This document shows, in pieces, positions 18,856-28,336 of a stretch of DNA of 64,000 nt. The notes under the pieces were generated by a model, which made no database searches, had not been told where the DNA came from, and worked only from the letters and a program-made list of their open reading frames with translations. Source of the DNA: Candidatus Obscuribacteraceae bacterium (GTDB taxonomy: Bacteria > Cyanobacteriota > Vampirovibrionia > Obscuribacterales > Obscuribacteraceae). The stretch lies in contig JBGASG010000002.1 in assembly GCA_044229845.1 (NCBI GenBank), positions 224,001 to 288,000 of the forward strand, read 5' to 3'. Within the stretch, counting starts at the first letter, position 1, and the number at the start of each line of letters is the position of its first letter. A program made the translations under genes and the position numbers.

Positions 18856-20202
18856 ATGCCAGTCAGTTCTCCGGTGACGCTGCGGGACATCGATCGGGAT
18901 CATCATCTGCACCCCTTCACGAATCATGCCGAGATGCATGAAAAGGGAACCCACATCATCGAGTCAGCCGATGGTGTGTGGGTGACGAACGTCGAAGGAC
19001 GCAAACTGCTGGACGGCATGGCGGGCTTGTGGTGCGTCAACGTCGGATACGGCTGCAAACCGATCATCGACGCCGTGCACGCGCAAATGCAGAAGATGGC
19101 GTACTACACCAGTTTCTTCAACAGCACCACTCCGCCGACAATTGAATTGACCGGACGACTGGCGGCGCTGGCACCAGCAAATTTAAAGTACACATTTTTC
19201 AGTAACTCCGGTTCGGAGGCCAATGAGACGGCCCTGAAGTTCATTCGTGCGTACTATCACATCAAAGGGCAACCGAAAAAACAAAAAATCGTCAGCCGCA
19301 AATATGCGTACCATGGCGTCACGCTGGCAACAGCAAGCGTAACCGGCTTGGCACCGCTGCATGGCCTATTCGATTTGCCTCTGCCGCAGTTCATCCACGC
19401 TCCCGCGCCGTACCCGTGGGGCGAGAACAGCGACATGAGCCAGGAAGAATACGGCAAGTGGTGCTTGCAAGAAACCGCCAAGCTGATCGAACGCGAGGAC
19501 CCGGAAACCATCGCCGCAATCTTTGCGGAACCGGTGCAGGGCGCAGGTGGTGTCATTCCTCCGCCGCCCGGTTACCTCGCCGGTCTACGCAGTTTGGCCA
19601 GCGAGTACAACTTGTTGTTCGTCGCCGATGAAGTAATCACAGGCTTCGGTCGTCTGGGCGATTGGTTCGCCAGCAAATTGTGGGACCTGAAGCCCGACAT
19701 CATGACCCTCGCGAAAGGCTTGACCAGCGGATACATCCCCATGGGTGCCACCATGGTCAGTGCCGAGATCGGCGACACAATTATCAATGGCGGCAGCTTC
19801 ACGCATGGCTTCACGTACAGCGGACATCCGGTAGCCGCTGCCGCCGCGCTGGCGGCGATAGATTACACGGAGAAGGAAAACCTGATCGGTCGCGTACGAG
19901 ATGATGTCGGTCCCTATATGCAGGATAAGTTGAAGAAACTAGCTGCGCACAAGGTGGTCGGCGAAGTGCGCGGGCACGGATTGATCGGCGCAATCGAAGT
20001 GGTGCCGCGCGGCGGCAAGGCGGAACTGAAACCCGATGCTTACCTGGGTTTCAAGCTGCAAGCATTGTGCCGCGAAGAAGGCGTGATTGTGCGCGGCATT
20101 CGCAATATGGTGGCAGTATCGCCGCCGCTGGTGATCACGCGCGATGAGATCGACAAGTTGTTCGAGGGCATCGAACGCGGACTCGACCGCTTCTGGGATT
20201 AG
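18856..20202 (+). CDS. Class-III PLP aminotransferase (SpuC/omega-amino acid:pyruvate type)
   Basis: HHLHPFT, DGMAGLWCVNVGYG, SGSEANE, AYHG, DEVITGFGR, LAKGLTSGY and HGFTYSGHP motifs. Confidence 0.93.
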   Translation: MPVSSPVTLRDIDRDHHLHPFTNHAEMHEKGTHIIESADGVWVTNVEGRKLLDGMAGLWCVNVGYGCKPIIDAVHAQMQKMAYYTSFFNSTTPPTIELTGRLAALAPANLKYTFFSNSGSEANETALKFIRAYYHIKGQPKKQKIVSRKYAYHGVTLATASVTGLAPLHGLFDLPLPQFIHAPAPYPWGENSDMSQEEYGKWCLQETAKLIEREDPETIAAIFAEPVQGAGGVIPPPPGYLAGLRSLASEYNLLFVADEVITGFGRLGDWFASKLWDLKPDIMTLAKGLTSGYIPMGATMVSAEIGDTIINGGSFTHGFTYSGHPVAAAAALAAIDYTEKENLIGRVRDDVGPYMQDKLKKLAAHKVVGEVRGHGLIGAIEVVPRGGKAELKPDAYLGFKLQALCREEGVIVRGIRNMVAVSPPLVITRDEIDKLFEGIERGLDRFWD

Positions 20203-20294
20203 CCGGATAACAGGCTGGTTTCGGCTCATTATTAGTGATTCATAGGACACGGCGGCGCGATCAGCGGATGGGCGTCCCGGCGTATCATTGCGGC

Positions 20295-21977
20295 ATGATG
20301 AATGAATTCGATACCATCATTGTCGGCGGCGGGTCGGCAGGGTGCGTCCTCGCCAATAGATTGAGCGCGGAGCCGTCACACAAAGTGCTCGTTTTGGAGG
20401 CGGGGCGCCCGGACTCGTTCTGGGACATCTTCATCCACATGCCGGCAGGGCTCATGCACCCGCTTGGTAATCGCCATTATGACTGGTGCTACAAGTCTGA
20501 GCCGGAGCCCTTCATGAACGGGCGCCAGATTGCGCACGCTCGCGGCAAGTTGTTAGGTGGGTCCAGCTCCATCAACGGCATGATATTCATCCGCGGCAAC
20601 CCGATGGACTACCAGAAGTGGGCGCGCGATCCGGGCATGCAAGCCTGGGATTACCAGCACTGCCTGCCGTATTTCATGCGTTCTGAAACCCGCATGGCAG
20701 GCGCCGATCAGTTTCACGGCGGGCAAGGTCCCCTGGTTCTCGAACCGGGGCCGTGCACCAATCCGCTGTTCAAAGCGTTCTTCGAAGCAACACAACAAGC
20801 GGGCCATCCGTTGACAAGCGACGTTAATGGCGCGCAGCAAGAGGGCTTCGGTGTCTTCGATCGCAACATCAAAAAAGGGCACCGCTTCTCCGCTCCTAAA
20901 GCGTACCTGCCTCGCGAAGTCAAAGAGCGCGCTAATCTAACCATCCACTGCCGCGCTTTCACCCGCCGCATTCTTTTCGAAGGAAATCGAGCCGTCGGTG
21001 TCGAATACGAGAAGGACGGCAGGATTGCAGTCGCGCGCGCCCGCGAAATCGTGTGTTGCGGCGGCGCCATCAACTCGCCGCAGTTGTTGCAACTCTCCGG
21101 AGTCGGCAATGCGCGCGACCTGATCAATCTGGAGATTCCAGTCGTCGAACACTTGCCCGGCGTCGGTGAAAACCTGCAGGACCACCTGGAGGTCTACATC
21201 CAGTACGCATGCAAACAACCGGTCAGCATGATTCCTGCCACCAAGTGGTGGAACGCACCATGGATCGGATTCCAATGGCTCTTCTTCCGTTCGGGACCGG
21301 CTGCCACCAATCATTTTGAAGCCGGCGGTTTCATTCGCAGCAACGATGAAGTCGAATACCCGAATCTGCAGTTTCACTTCTTGCCCCTCTCGGTCAGGTA
21401 CGACGGCACTTCGCCTTCGACCGGGCACGGATACCAGGTGCACGTCGGACCGATGAATTCCGATGCGCGCGGCTCGATCAAAATCAAGTCGACCGATCCG
21501 CACCAACATCCGGCGCTGCGCTTCAACTATCTGTCGACGGCGCAGGATCGTCGCGAGTGGGTGGAAGCGGTGCGTTGCGCGCGGCACATTCTCAATCAAC
21601 CGGCAATGGATGATTTCAACGCCGGCGAAACCTCTCCCGGACCCGACATTCAATCTGATCAAGACATCCTCGATTGGGTGGCGCGCGACGGCGAGACGGC
21701 GCTGCATCCCAGCGGCACATGCAAAATGGGTGTGGACGAGATGGCGGTTATCGACCCGAAGACGATGCGGGTGCACGGCGTCGAAGGACTGCGTGTCGTC
21801 GATGCATCGCTGATTCCCCACATCACCAACGGCAATCTCTACGCGCCGGTAATGATGATCGCCGAGAAAGCCGCCGACATTATTTTAGGCAACACGCCGC
21901 TCGCACCGATGGCGGTGCCCTACTACCGACACGTGAGTGAGCGTGATCTAGCACTGACACTCTCGGGGCGAAGATAG
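20295..21977 (+). CDS. betA: Choline dehydrogenase (GMC oxidoreductase)
   Basis: GGGSAG FAD motif, [37 protein letters not shown] and [18 protein letters not shown]. Confidence 0.88.
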   Translation: MMNEFDTIIVGGGSAGCVLANRLSAEPSHKVLVLEAGRPDSFWDIFIHMPAGLMHPLGNRHYDWCYKSEPEPFMNGRQIAHARGKLLGGSSSINGMIFIRGNPMDYQKWARDPGMQAWDYQHCLPYFMRSETRMAGADQFHGGQGPLVLEPGPCTNPLFKAFFEATQQAGHPLTSDVNGAQQEGFGVFDRNIKKGHRFSAPKAYLPREVKERANLTIHCRAFTRRILFEGNRAVGVEYEKDGRIAVARAREIVCCGGAINSPQLLQLSGVGNARDLINLEIPVVEHLPGVGENLQDHLEVYIQYACKQPVSMIPATKWWNAPWIGFQWLFFRSGPAATNHFEAGGFIRSNDEVEYPNLQFHFLPLSVRYDGTSPSTGHGYQVHVGPMNSDARGSIKIKSTDPHQHPALRFNYLSTAQDRREWVEAVRCARHILNQPAMDDFNAGETSPGPDIQSDQDILDWVARDGETALHPSGTCKMGVDEMAVIDPKTMRVHGVEGLRVVDASLIPHITNGNLYAPVMMIAEKAADIILGNTPLAPMAVPYYRHVSERDLALTLSGRR

Positions 21978-21983
21978 CAACCC

Positions 21984-23072
21984 ATGTCTGCCGATCTGAT
22001 GGTCAACAGCCTGGTGTTGGTCTCCCTGCTTTTGTGGGGAGCGTGGGGCATCTTTGATAAGAAAGCGCTGGGTTACACGCAACCGGTCGGACAACTGGCG
22101 GCAGTCTATTCCTTCTCACCGTTGATGGCTGTGTTCATGGTGGCGGTGCTGTCCATGTTTCTTCCCGGCTGGAAGTTGAGCGGACACACGCTCGGGTATG
22201 AGTTTCTCGCTCAGCTTTGCTATTTCGTGGCGGTCGCCGCCTATCTGATCGCTATGTCGCGAGGCGAAGCCAGCTTGATACTGGGCGCCACAGCCAGCTA
22301 TCCGGTGGTGGCACAGGTGCTGGCCAAATTTATGCTGGGGGAACCGCTCGTGCCCGCCCGCATCATCGGATGCCTGGTGGTCGTTGCGGGTATCGTTGCC
22401 ATCAGTGGCTCCAGCTTGCCCTTGGGCAAAATCTGGAAGAAACGCTTGCCGGCGCCGGCAAGCGCATCAGATGCCTGGGGCGACGCCGTCACTGCAACAG
22501 CGCCCGCCACTGCAACTGCCCCCGTCACTGCGACTACACCCGCCACCGCGACAGCCACGCTGGTCAGACCGACCGCAACCGCAACCGCTTTCGCTGCGTC
22601 CACCACCACCATCGACCAGCGTGGCACCGCAGTCAATGTTTTGATCACCGTGGTCTGCATCGGGCTTGCCGTGTTGGGCTGGGCGCTGCGTGGCATATTC
22701 GACAAAACCGCAGTAACTCACGCGCATCCGTTCGAGGTTTATCTAGGCAAGTATGTTGCCGATTCCGTTTTCGGTGCTCTAGCCATCGGCTGGGTTCTGC
22801 ACAAGCGACGCGGCGACAAGCTGTTTCGTCGCGAGATGTGGCCGTACGCTGGCGGATCCGCCTTGTGCCTCGCCGGCGGCAGCGCGGCATACTACGTGGT
22901 GCTGTCGATGACTTCCGCCTCCTACGTGATTGCTATCACGGGCTGCTATCCACTAATAATGTATGTCCTCGCATTATGCATTCTCAAAGAGAAATTCAAC
23001 ATAACGCGAGCTTTCGGAATTGCGCTTATTACCCTTGGTGGCATCCTCACTCAAACCACTCAGGGTTCATGA
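21984..23072 (+). CDS. EamA/DMT family transporter with Ala/Thr-rich linker
   Basis: Two 5-TM halves (WGAWGIFDK; WALRGIFDK) joined by an ATAPATATAP linker. Confidence 0.85.
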   Translation: MSADLMVNSLVLVSLLLWGAWGIFDKKALGYTQPVGQLAAVYSFSPLMAVFMVAVLSMFLPGWKLSGHTLGYEFLAQLCYFVAVAAYLIAMSRGEASLILGATASYPVVAQVLAKFMLGEPLVPARIIGCLVVVAGIVAISGSSLPLGKIWKKRLPAPASASDAWGDAVTATAPATATAPVTATTPATATATLVRPTATATAFAASTTTIDQRGTAVNVLITVVCIGLAVLGWALRGIFDKTAVTHAHPFEVYLGKYVADSVFGALAIGWVLHKRRGDKLFRREMWPYAGGSALCLAGGSAAYYVVLSMTSASYVIAITGCYPLIMYVLALCILKEKFNITRAFGIALITLGGILTQTTQGS

Positions 23073-23227
23073 TCGAGTGTCCGCCGTGGCGGACGCCCGC
23101 CGCAACGATGCAACACCGCATCGTAAAGAAGATACAGCCTAGGTAACGTAAGGTGTCGAGCAAGGCTGCCTAGCTCTTCCGTGAAATCGTGACTTGAGAT
23201 AGAAGTAGATTTGGAGGGGTTCGTTGG

Positions 23228-24058
23228 GTGAATCCAGTCTCTCAAGAAGTCCTGGCAAATGCAGCGGCAGCGATCAAGCATGCTAAAAGCTTGATTGTCA
23301 CCGCAGGCGCTGGAATGGGGGTTGACTCCGGTCTCCCCAGTTTTCGCGACGATCAAGGATTCTGGAATGCGTATCCGGAATACCAGAAGCTGGGGATGAA
23401 TTTCATGAACATCGCGAATCCGCGGCACTTCTCCGAGGATCCGCAACTGGGCTGGGGTTTTTATGGGCACCGCGCCAATCTCTATCGTGGTGCTCAACCT
23501 CACGAAGGCTTTGCCATCATTCTCGATTGGATAAAGCGCTTCGATTTGCCGTGGTTCGTTGTCACATCGAATGTCGATGGGCAATTTCAGAAAGCAGGTT
23601 TTGACGAGGAGCGTGTTGTGGAGGTTCACGGTTCCATTCACCATATGCAGTGCATGGGACCGTGCCTACCACACATCTGGCCGCACGACGAAGTGTTCGA
23701 TATAAACATGTCGAACATGCGCTCGCAGACCATTCCCAAGTGTCCGCATTGCGGTCACACCGCTCGTCCAAACATACTGATGTTCGGTGACTTCCAGTGG
23801 ATACCAACACGCAGCAATGCTCAACAAAGACGCTTTGAAAGGTTTCTTGACGGCTGTCCAAAACCGATCACTGTAGTCGAGATTGGAGCGGGACGTGCAA
23901 TTCCCACGATACGACGCGAAGGCGAGAAATTGGCGCGCGTGCATGGCGGCATAGTTGTGCGCATCAATCCGCGCGAACCGGAGATTGATGCACCGCATAT
24001 CTCAATGCCGGCCGCCGGCGCATTTACACTCGCCGAAGTGAACAAGCTGCTGAAGTAA
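23228..24058 (+). CDS. Sir2-family NAD-dependent deacylase
   Basis: TAGAGMGVDSGLPSFR, TSNVDGQFQKAG, EVHGS, two Cys pairs, RPNILMFGD and RINP motifs. Confidence 0.92.
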   Translation: MNPVSQEVLANAAAAIKHAKSLIVTAGAGMGVDSGLPSFRDDQGFWNAYPEYQKLGMNFMNIANPRHFSEDPQLGWGFYGHRANLYRGAQPHEGFAIILDWIKRFDLPWFVVTSNVDGQFQKAGFDEERVVEVHGSIHHMQCMGPCLPHIWPHDEVFDINMSNMRSQTIPKCPHCGHTARPNILMFGDFQWIPTRSNAQQRRFERFLDGCPKPITVVEIGAGRAIPTIRREGEKLARVHGGIVVRINPREPEIDAPHISMPAAGAFTLAEVNKLLK

Positions 24059-24121
24059 CCACGCCAGCGGAGGAGTGCGCGGGTAGTTGCTTGCCGCCCG
24101 GGTCCCGCAATCAATTCCCGG

Positions 24122-24235
24122 TGGCCGCCATGGCGGCCAGGAGCTCGGCTGTTTTGACCGCCGGGGCGGCCAAGACTGGTGCCCGTGACCGGCGGGGCGG
24201 CCAAAACTGACTGCCGCCGGCCGCCACGGCGGTCA
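24122..24235. repeat. Array of four 18-bp GC-rich palindromes (consensus TGRCCGCCnnGGCGGYCA), 31-33 bp period
   Basis: Units start at 24122, 24155, 24186 and 24218. Confidence 0.8.
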
Positions 24236-24309
24236 CACAACAGGCGATGGTCCAATTGGAGCGATGGCTGGACCACATTACTAGACGATAAAACGACGGA
24301 GGTGGAGCA

Positions 24310-24813
24310 ATGCTCTTCCGATTCATTCTGTGTCCGCAGTGTCACGAACGTTATGCAGGACTGCGATTCAACACCGAGGCAAAATGCGCCATGTGCATCA
24401 TGCCACTGTGCTCACTTGTGTGGGACGACGAGCATCCGGAAGCCAACTTTGTCTCCGACCGTGAGGGAATACACGGCGCCTGCCGAGCCTCGATCATTCG
24501 GTTGGCAAACGCGCGCACTCAGCTCTGGAAGACCGGTGCGATTCCGCCCGATTGCCGCGAATTGTGGAACGAAGCACGTCAGACATTGCCGGATTGGCCA
24601 GGCTTTCACAGATTGAATTTAAACGCTGACGAGCAACAGTCTCTGCGTATGTGTGCCGAAGAACTTGATGACATGATGGGCGCGATCAGGGAAGACTTTC
24701 CGAATGTCACCAAAACCGATTATGGTGGCGGCTACACATCGTTCGTCGCAACGCGTGGTGGCGGTGCAGAATCTGCCACCACCGAAAAACGATGGTGGCA
24801 ATTCTGGAAATAG
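24310..24813 (+). CDS. Hypothetical protein with N-terminal CxxC/CxxC and C-terminal KRWWQFWK motif
   Basis: GGAGG RBS; CPQC...CAMC; WWQFWK tail. Confidence 0.7.
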   Translation: MLFRFILCPQCHERYAGLRFNTEAKCAMCIMPLCSLVWDDEHPEANFVSDREGIHGACRASIIRLANARTQLWKTGAIPPDCRELWNEARQTLPDWPGFHRLNLNADEQQSLRMCAEELDDMMGAIREDFPNVTKTDYGGGYTSFVATRGGGAESATTEKRWWQFWK

Positions 24814-24828
24814 ACGCGGAGGCAACCA

Positions 24829-24905
24829 TGGCGGCGCCAGCGGGATTCGAACCCGCGATCTTCGCGCTGACAACGCGACATCCTAGGCCACTGAACGATG
24901 GCGCC
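24829..24905 (-). tRNA. tRNA-Asp (GTC)
   Basis: Cloverleaf: GGCGCCA/TGGCGCC acceptor, TCGCG-TTGTCAG-CGCGA anticodon arm, GGTTCGAATCC, encoded CCA. Confidence 0.93.
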
Positions 24906-24931
24906 CAGATGGTTACCTCCGCGAGATAAAT

Positions 24932-25003
24932 CAGGGCAGACGGGAATTGAACCCGTGTTTCCAGGTTGAAAATCTGGCGTCCTAACCGTTAGACGACAGC
25001 CCC
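24932..25003 (-). tRNA. tRNA-Glu (TTC), atypical
   Basis: GGGGCTG/CTGCCCT acceptor with a U-U mismatch; CCAGA-TTTTCAA-CCTGG anticodon arm with an A-C pair; GGTTCAATTCC; no encoded CCA. Confidence 0.82.
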
Positions 25004-25033
25004 TGAAGAGCCAGGTCGCACACGAATCTAGGA

Positions 25034-25138
25034 CTAGCGCTCGATATAGTCATGATCCAGCAGCTGCACTGCGGCGCGCGCATCCGACCAGCAGGGCAGC
25101 TGGCTATCGATGCATGGCAGGTGTAGGTGGCGGAACAT
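25034..25138 (-). CDS. Putative 34-aa leader peptide upstream of the tRNA pair
   Basis: GAGGT RBS 7 nt before ATG; MFRHLHLPCIDSQLPCWSDARAAVQLLDHDYIER. Confidence 0.45.
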   Translation of the reverse strand: MFRHLHLPCIDSQLPCWSDARAAVQLLDHDYIER

Positions 25139-25186
25139 GAGATTGACCTCTGAATAAAAACGCGCGGTGTTGCCGCGCTTGTATTG

Positions 25187-25216
25187 ATACTAACTGCGGC
25201 ACGACAGTTCTGTCAA
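25187..25216 (-). promoter_or_regulatory. Sigma70-type promoter for the tRNA unit
   Basis: TTGACA-N18-TAGTAT on the minus strand. Confidence 0.6.
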
Positions 25217-25241
25217 GCGAGTCCTGCCTGTCGTACAATAG

Positions 25242-26102
25242 GTGTTCAGGAGCGAACAGGATCTGCACATTGTGAACACGAGACGCTTATTTGAATGGGC
25301 GATATCAGCTCTGGTAGCGGTTTCGGTCGGCAGTGCGTGCGGTCCGGAATTGGCGGGCGCAGCCGATTCAAATGCCGACTTCAAGAATAAAATACTTAAC
25401 GGCACGTGCTGCGTCCCGAATTTGAGCAGCGGATATCGGCCGGTGACATTGGTGAACGGAAAGTACAAGAAGACCGACGAAAACGGAAACACGATCACAA
25501 TTCAACTCGGCGACAAGTTTTTATTCGGCACCATGGATAAAACACCGGTCGCGATCGCGGTGCTATATGACTGCGAAGGCGGCAGCGGCAACTTTGGTAG
25601 CCTGATGCTTTTCGAATTGACGGATGGACGCGCCGTCACAATCGGTTCACGAGCCATCGGTGATCGTGCCATCGTCCGATCGCTAACTATGGTCGGCGAC
25701 AAAATCAAAATCGTGAGCGAGGAATCAATTGGATTGCAGGCAGGCAAGCAACGCACCGAGGTCATCAAACGCACTGATTTCGATCCCGCTGAGTGCCTCG
25801 AGCAACCCTTGACTCCATCCATGCTTGAAGACGTAAAAGCACTGATGAACATCTATAACGTCATCACAGATAAGCAACCGGATCTGAGCACCGAGAAAAA
25901 ACAGAAAGCGCTGGAAATTTGCAAGAAGCACGAGAACGATCAAAGTTACTTCGCTAGAGCATTTCGCTTGACCTTATCCGCGGAAGGTTGGGCACCCGGT
26001 CCAACTCCACTTATATATGATGCGGCTGGTAATCCGAGCTTCAAGATCGACGACAACGTCAGCAAGTTTCACCGGACAATAAACCTCGCCGAAGAGAAAT
26101 AA
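25242..26102 (+). CDS. Hypothetical exported protein
   Basis: Hydrophobic N-terminal segment; VTLVNGKY...GGSGNF..L..F pattern. Confidence 0.7.
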   Translation: MFRSEQDLHIVNTRRLFEWAISALVAVSVGSACGPELAGAADSNADFKNKILNGTCCVPNLSSGYRPVTLVNGKYKKTDENGNTITIQLGDKFLFGTMDKTPVAIAVLYDCEGGSGNFGSLMLFELTDGRAVTIGSRAIGDRAIVRSLTMVGDKIKIVSEESIGLQAGKQRTEVIKRTDFDPAECLEQPLTPSMLEDVKALMNIYNVITDKQPDLSTEKKQKALEICKKHENDQSYFARAFRLTLSAEGWAPGPTPLIYDAAGNPSFKIDDNVSKFHRTINLAEEK

Positions 26103-26194
26103 CTTGTCAGATCCCGCCACCTGACATCACGAGCGGTGCGATCTTCATATGCTCATCGATATACAATTTGGCAGTTCAGTCGGAGGAGCGCCCC

Positions 26195-27466
26195 ATGCGC
26201 AGGTTTCTCACAGGAGCCATAGTTCTCTCCCTCTTCGCAAACGGCAGTGCAGCCAATGCGCAGAACTTCAAAAAGGATGAGACCGTCTACTTCAAATACT
26301 TCGATCAATGGCGCGAAGCTCGAGTTGCGCGCGATGAGAAGCCGGGAGAAGGTGGAGTTACAGTACTCATAAAGAATGCTCTCACCGGGCAATGGGACGG
26401 CGACAGCAGATGGGAAGCCGATGCCGAACTTCATCGTGAACGTCCGGCCGACTTCGACCCAGAAGGGTATGGCAACAGCGACAAGGGAATGCAGGGGCAA
26501 ATCAAAGACGCGCAATTCCAGCCCGGTCAACTGGTGAACTTCCAGCACGGCGGCGCTCCCCAGGATGGAGTTGTCGTCCGGCAGGACAAAGATGGAGTCC
26601 TCGTCAAATTCCGCAATTGGGCAACCGGAAAATTCGATGGTGACTTCCAGGCGTACTATCCTGCTAATGCGCTCAAACTGGGAGCGATTCAGCAGGGCGC
26701 GCCGAACGTCGCGGTGAACCCGCAACCGCAGCCCAATCCCGCCGCAAATCCACAGCCCAATCCCGCCGCAAATCCGCAGCCCAATCCCGCTGCAAATCCA
26801 CAGCCGGCTCAGTGGCAACCGGGACAAGGGTTCGAGCCGCCGCTCAATTTATTGCCGCAAGTCAATCCCGGTGCGGCACTCACCGCCAACGAAGTGCTCA
26901 AATTCCTGGATGAGAAACTCGGACCCGATCCGTTCGCACCTGGCGATGCAGTGCGCCAGACAGTCTTCAAAGAACTGGAAGCCATGGCGATGAAGCGCGG
27001 TGTGAATTTTACCTACGACGTCAACAAAGGCATGCAAGATCCCTTCTATGGACCATTCATGAAATATGGTGCGCCCAACAGCGTGAAGGATGCACTGAAA
27101 GAAAATCTCGGAGTTCCGGTTCAGAACCTCGATTTCTTCCACGGCAATTTCGTGACGTCGGTCACGCCCACCGGCAACCCGCAGGACACAACAATTGACG
27201 GGCAATTGAGAATTGGTCCTAACAACACCTACACCTGGCAGTATGGCGAGCAGACACTGGAAGGAAGATGGCGCGAAGCCACCGAACTAGAAATGAATCA
27301 ATCCCACAAAGGTGGCAAAGGCGTAGTGCTTCTCGATGCGAAGAGTGGACGAGACTGGATCGTCTACGAAGACGACGGCGACGGAGACGGCGCAGGCAAG
27401 AACAATATCTATGTCGCCGACTTGAAAGAACGCAAGAGTCCCGAGCGTGCCACCAAACTGCCTTGA
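26195..27466 (+). CDS. Secreted protein with two Tudor/SH3-like modules and PQPNPAAN repeats
   Basis: GGAGGA RBS, signal peptide ending ANA, internal duplicated module. Confidence 0.8.
   Translation: MRRFLTGAIVLSLFANGSAANAQNFKKDETVYFKYFDQWREARVARDEKPGEGGVTVLIKNALTGQWDGDSRWEADAELHRERPADFDPEGYGNSDKGMQGQIKDAQFQPGQLVNFQHGGAPQDGVVVRQDKDGVLVKFRNWATGKFDGDFQAYYPANALKLGAIQQGAPNVAVNPQPQPNPAANPQPNPAANPQPNPAANPQPAQWQPGQGFEPPLNLLPQVNPGAALTANEVLKFLDEKLGPDPFAPGDAVRQTVFKELEAMAMKRGVNFTYDVNKGMQDPFYGPFMKYGAPNSVKDALKENLGVPVQNLDFFHGNFVTSVTPTGNPQDTTIDGQLRIGPNNTYTWQYGEQTLEGRWREATELEMNQSHKGGKGVVLLDAKSGRDWIVYEDDGDGDGAGKNNIYVADLKERKSPERATKLP
26729..26805 (+). repeat. 24-bp coding tandem repeat (QPNPAANP x3)
   Basis: Units at 26729, 26753 and 26777. 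Confidence 0.9.
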
Positions 27467-27620
27467 TCAAGGCCCTACTTCGAGTGACGTGCTCCGATTA
27501 AAACTTCGGCTGCGACCCGGCTATCCGGATCTATTGAGCATAGGATTAGCTACAATTGGAACTTCGCGCCGACACAGTGACAAGAGAAGAACAAGAGCCA
27601 ACAGGAGGGAGGACGCTAAC

Positions 27621-28322
27621 ATGTTTCGCAGTTTTCTAGTGGCAGGCATTTTGACTACTTCGTTGCTGATGGCTCCAACCGCATTGGCACAAGTTTCGGC
27701 AGACCAGCTGAAGCCAGGTCAGGTGATTTTCTTCAGATATTGCGGTGAGGTCACTGAAGGAAAAATACTGAGCGTCGAATCGAGCCAGGTCAGAATCGAA
27801 GCACCGAATCCACTCACGAAACAGTACGATGGCAGCAATACCAGATATGTGGAACTCTCTGGCGTAATGCTCTCCAAACCCGGCGCCGGCGGTGGTGCCA
27901 CGGCAGGTGGTGGCACTAGCGCATCATCCGGGAGACCAGGCGCCACCGCTGGTAATACTCAGTCAGGCGGTGTTGGACAGCACACCGTGCATACCGCGCA
28001 GCAGCAGCAATCTAAACCAGACGGGGGCACACCGCGCACAGGTCGGTATCACATGTACGGCTTTCCCTCGATGTCCAGTCCCATGCAGCTGGTCGGATGG
28101 TTCGATCTGATGCCGGGGGGAACCTACAAAACCCAAGCAGGCGGCACTGGCACTTACAGATTTGGTGGCGACGGCATCCAATGGTTGAGCGGCCCGTACA
28201 AGGAGCAAGGTTTCCTCGGAATTGTGCGCATCGATCGAGGTGGACTGACCTCGCGCATCACGCTCACGAAGACCGCCGGAGGCAACGATAGAATGGTGGC
28301 TTTCTGTTCCGCGGATAAATAG
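27621..28322 (+). CDS. Secreted protein with one Tudor/SH3-like module and Gly-rich linker
   Basis: GGAGGA RBS, signal peptide ending ALA; module related to the upstream gene. Confidence 0.8.
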   Translation: MFRSFLVAGILTTSLLMAPTALAQVSADQLKPGQVIFFRYCGEVTEGKILSVESSQVRIEAPNPLTKQYDGSNTRYVELSGVMLSKPGAGGGATAGGGTSASSGRPGATAGNTQSGGVGQHTVHTAQQQQSKPDGGTPRTGRYHMYGFPSMSSPMQLVGWFDLMPGGTYKTQAGGTGTYRFGGDGIQWLSGPYKEQGFLGIVRIDRGGLTSRITLTKTAGGNDRMVAFCSADK

Positions 28323-28336
28323 CCACCAATCCAGCG

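Noticed and set aside
22217..23146. 309-aa alternative-frame ORF, and other long shadow ORFs (9494-10534, 30462-31529, 37319-38305, 40974-41990, 61869-62888, 62500-63519)
   Set aside because: They overlap well-supported genes, are expected at this GC content, and show no motifs.
23228..24058. Sir2 as an anti-phage effector (Thoeris/DSR type)
   Set aside because: It is a standalone Zn-binding sirtuin deacylase with no TIR, HerA or Argonaute partner.
24829..24905. tRNA as integration site of an island
   Set aside because: I saw no duplicated tRNA 3' end and no integrase in the window.
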